Shown here: piece after piece, positions 32,747 to 32,824 of the stretch
Layout: the number at the start of each line of letters is the position of its first letter
Position numbering within the stretch: the stretch's first letter is position 1
Source of the DNA: a virus
Strand: one strand, 5' to 3'
Virus record (IMG/VR): IMGVR_UViG_3300010970_000108
Span: 1-32,824 of that record
Length of the DNA stretch: 32,824 bases
Notes under the pieces: generated by a model
The model's database searches: none
Seen by the model: only the letters and a program-made list of their open reading frames with translations
What the model was told of the DNA's origin: nothing
Program-made: the position numbers and the translations under genes

Positions 32747-32824
32747 TTAGTTACATTTTTGCGCTCTGAACTTCTCAAGTGCAGTCATTTCTTCAAAAGA
32801 TTTTACCTTCTCTTTAGGTTGCTC
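32747..32824 (-). CDS. C-terminal fragment of the junction-spanning scaffold-like gene (same gene as 1..511)
   Basis: In frame with 1..511 once 32770..32824 is equated with 1..55. It ends ...TALEKFRAQKCN with a TAA at 32749..32747. Confidence 0.5.
   Translation of the reverse strand, partial: EQPKEKVKSFEEMTALEKFRAQKCN

Overview
The window is a complete, circularly closed genome of an AT-rich tailed dsDNA phage (Caudoviricetes). The first 55 bases are identical to the last 55, and one gene reads in frame across that junction, so the unique length is 32,769 bp. A Bacteroidota host is likely: three starts (two operon heads and an internal lysis-cassette gene) carry TAnnTTTG boxes and no Shine-Dalgarno sequences are visible. 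That host call is inference.

Almost all genes are on the minus strand. In transcription order they are:
- An early/replication-recombination arm (20003 down to 10189): small regulator, HNH-AP2 homing endonuclease, RecT/Red-beta-like annealase, PD-(D/E)XK exonuclease, mini SSB-tail protein, SNF2 helicase, N6/N4 DNA methyltransferase, VRR-NUC nuclease, Prim-Pol/DUF3987 replicase.
- A 350-bp non-coding tract packed with an 8-mer repeat.
- A phage sigma factor, then TerS and TerL.
- A structural arm in non-canonical order that runs across the contig junction: tail-like proteins, XkdF-like protease, scaffold, capsid, portal, tandem-duplicated protein, tail fibre.
- A lysis cassette: holin candidates, unimolecular spanin, M15 endolysin.

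One cassette is on the plus strand (20120..22242). It encodes a DnaA domain-IV-only protein, a DnaJ-type zinc-finger protein, an SNase-like nuclease, an XRE HTH protein and several small ORFs.

I found no tRNA, rRNA, CRISPR array, integrase or reverse transcriptase.

The most interesting signals:
- A candidate sigma-factor/late-promoter circuit, with an exact bipartite motif right after two terminators and abutting start codons.
- The iteron-like 8-mer array.
- The plus-strand candidate host-takeover/anti-defence cassette.
- A portal with a long C-terminal wHTH/MuF-like extension.
- A tandem-duplicated neck/tail protein.
- A small ORF interrupted by an in-frame TAA, next to a GC-rich palindrome island.

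All functional calls rest on motifs read by eye. No searches were run.
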